From contig CAWBAG010000027.1 in NCBI GenBank assembly GCA_963786705.1, positions 1 through 64,000 on the forward strand: a DNA stretch of 64,000 nt, written 5' to 3'. Below are positions 63,956 to 64,000 of this stretch, in pieces. The number at the start of each line of letters is the position of its first letter. The first letter of the stretch is position 1. A program made the translations under genes and the position numbers. Source of the DNA: an uncultured Gammaproteobacteria bacterium. Lineage in GTDB: Bacteria; Pseudomonadota; Gammaproteobacteria; Steroidobacterales; Steroidobacteraceae. The notes beneath the pieces are model-generated. The model had not been told where the DNA came from. It saw only the letters and a list, made by a program, of their open reading frames with translations, and ran no database searches.

Positions 63956-64000
63956 CCTCGCCGCCGGCTGCGGTGAGCAGTACGTCGGGCAGCAGGTCGC

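Overview
The window is compositionally and phylogenetically bipartite; GC is about 70% on both sides. Positions 1 to ~21.6 kb look like a Corynebacteriales/Mycobacterium-type chromosome with M. tuberculosis Rv1476–Rv1488-like synteny. The order is a membrane protein, RipA-like NlpC/P60 endopeptidase, MoxR, DUF58, VWA protein, FabG1/MabA, InhA, Rv1486c-like, NfeD and band-7. After these come panC, a MIRU-like tandem repeat, panB, an M20 peptidase, an S58/DmpA peptidase, an intact vapBC pair, a secreted protein and MarC. At ~21.6–22.3 kb there is a short lower-GC zone with two convergent VapC remnants, a direct duplication and a 22-bp perfect palindrome. From there to the end the content is typically beta/gamma-proteobacterial. 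One long minus-strand operon encodes a ba3-type oxidase (cbaD-like, cbaB, cbaA) with ctaB, sco, an unusual cytochrome b–2[4Fe-4S]–MvhD-like fusion, an anchored unknown protein and a hemerythrin. It is followed by an aa3-type cluster (coxB, coxA, small assembly protein, ctaG, coxC, twin-TM protein, surf1, ctaA), bioD/C/H/F/B, comF, nhaA, ubiA, recG, ridA, a coxMNOPQ-type third oxidase, a second sco, spoT–rpoZ, and a type IV minor-pilin/PilY1 operon (pilE-like, fimT, pilV, pilW, pilX, pilY1). Many genes are interrupted by 1-bp indels, and some pairs of indels compensate each other. The indels are unevenly distributed: recG, nhaA, ubiA, ctaB and cbaA are heavily hit, while coxA, spoT and the cyt b fusion are intact. 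This pattern fits sequencing or assembly error and/or real pseudogenisation. The two-phylum content fits a chimeric contig. No tRNA, rRNA, CRISPR array, IS element or integrase was seen. The most interesting candidate system is the ba3-oxidase operon with the cyt b–FeS–MvhD fusion and hemerythrin.
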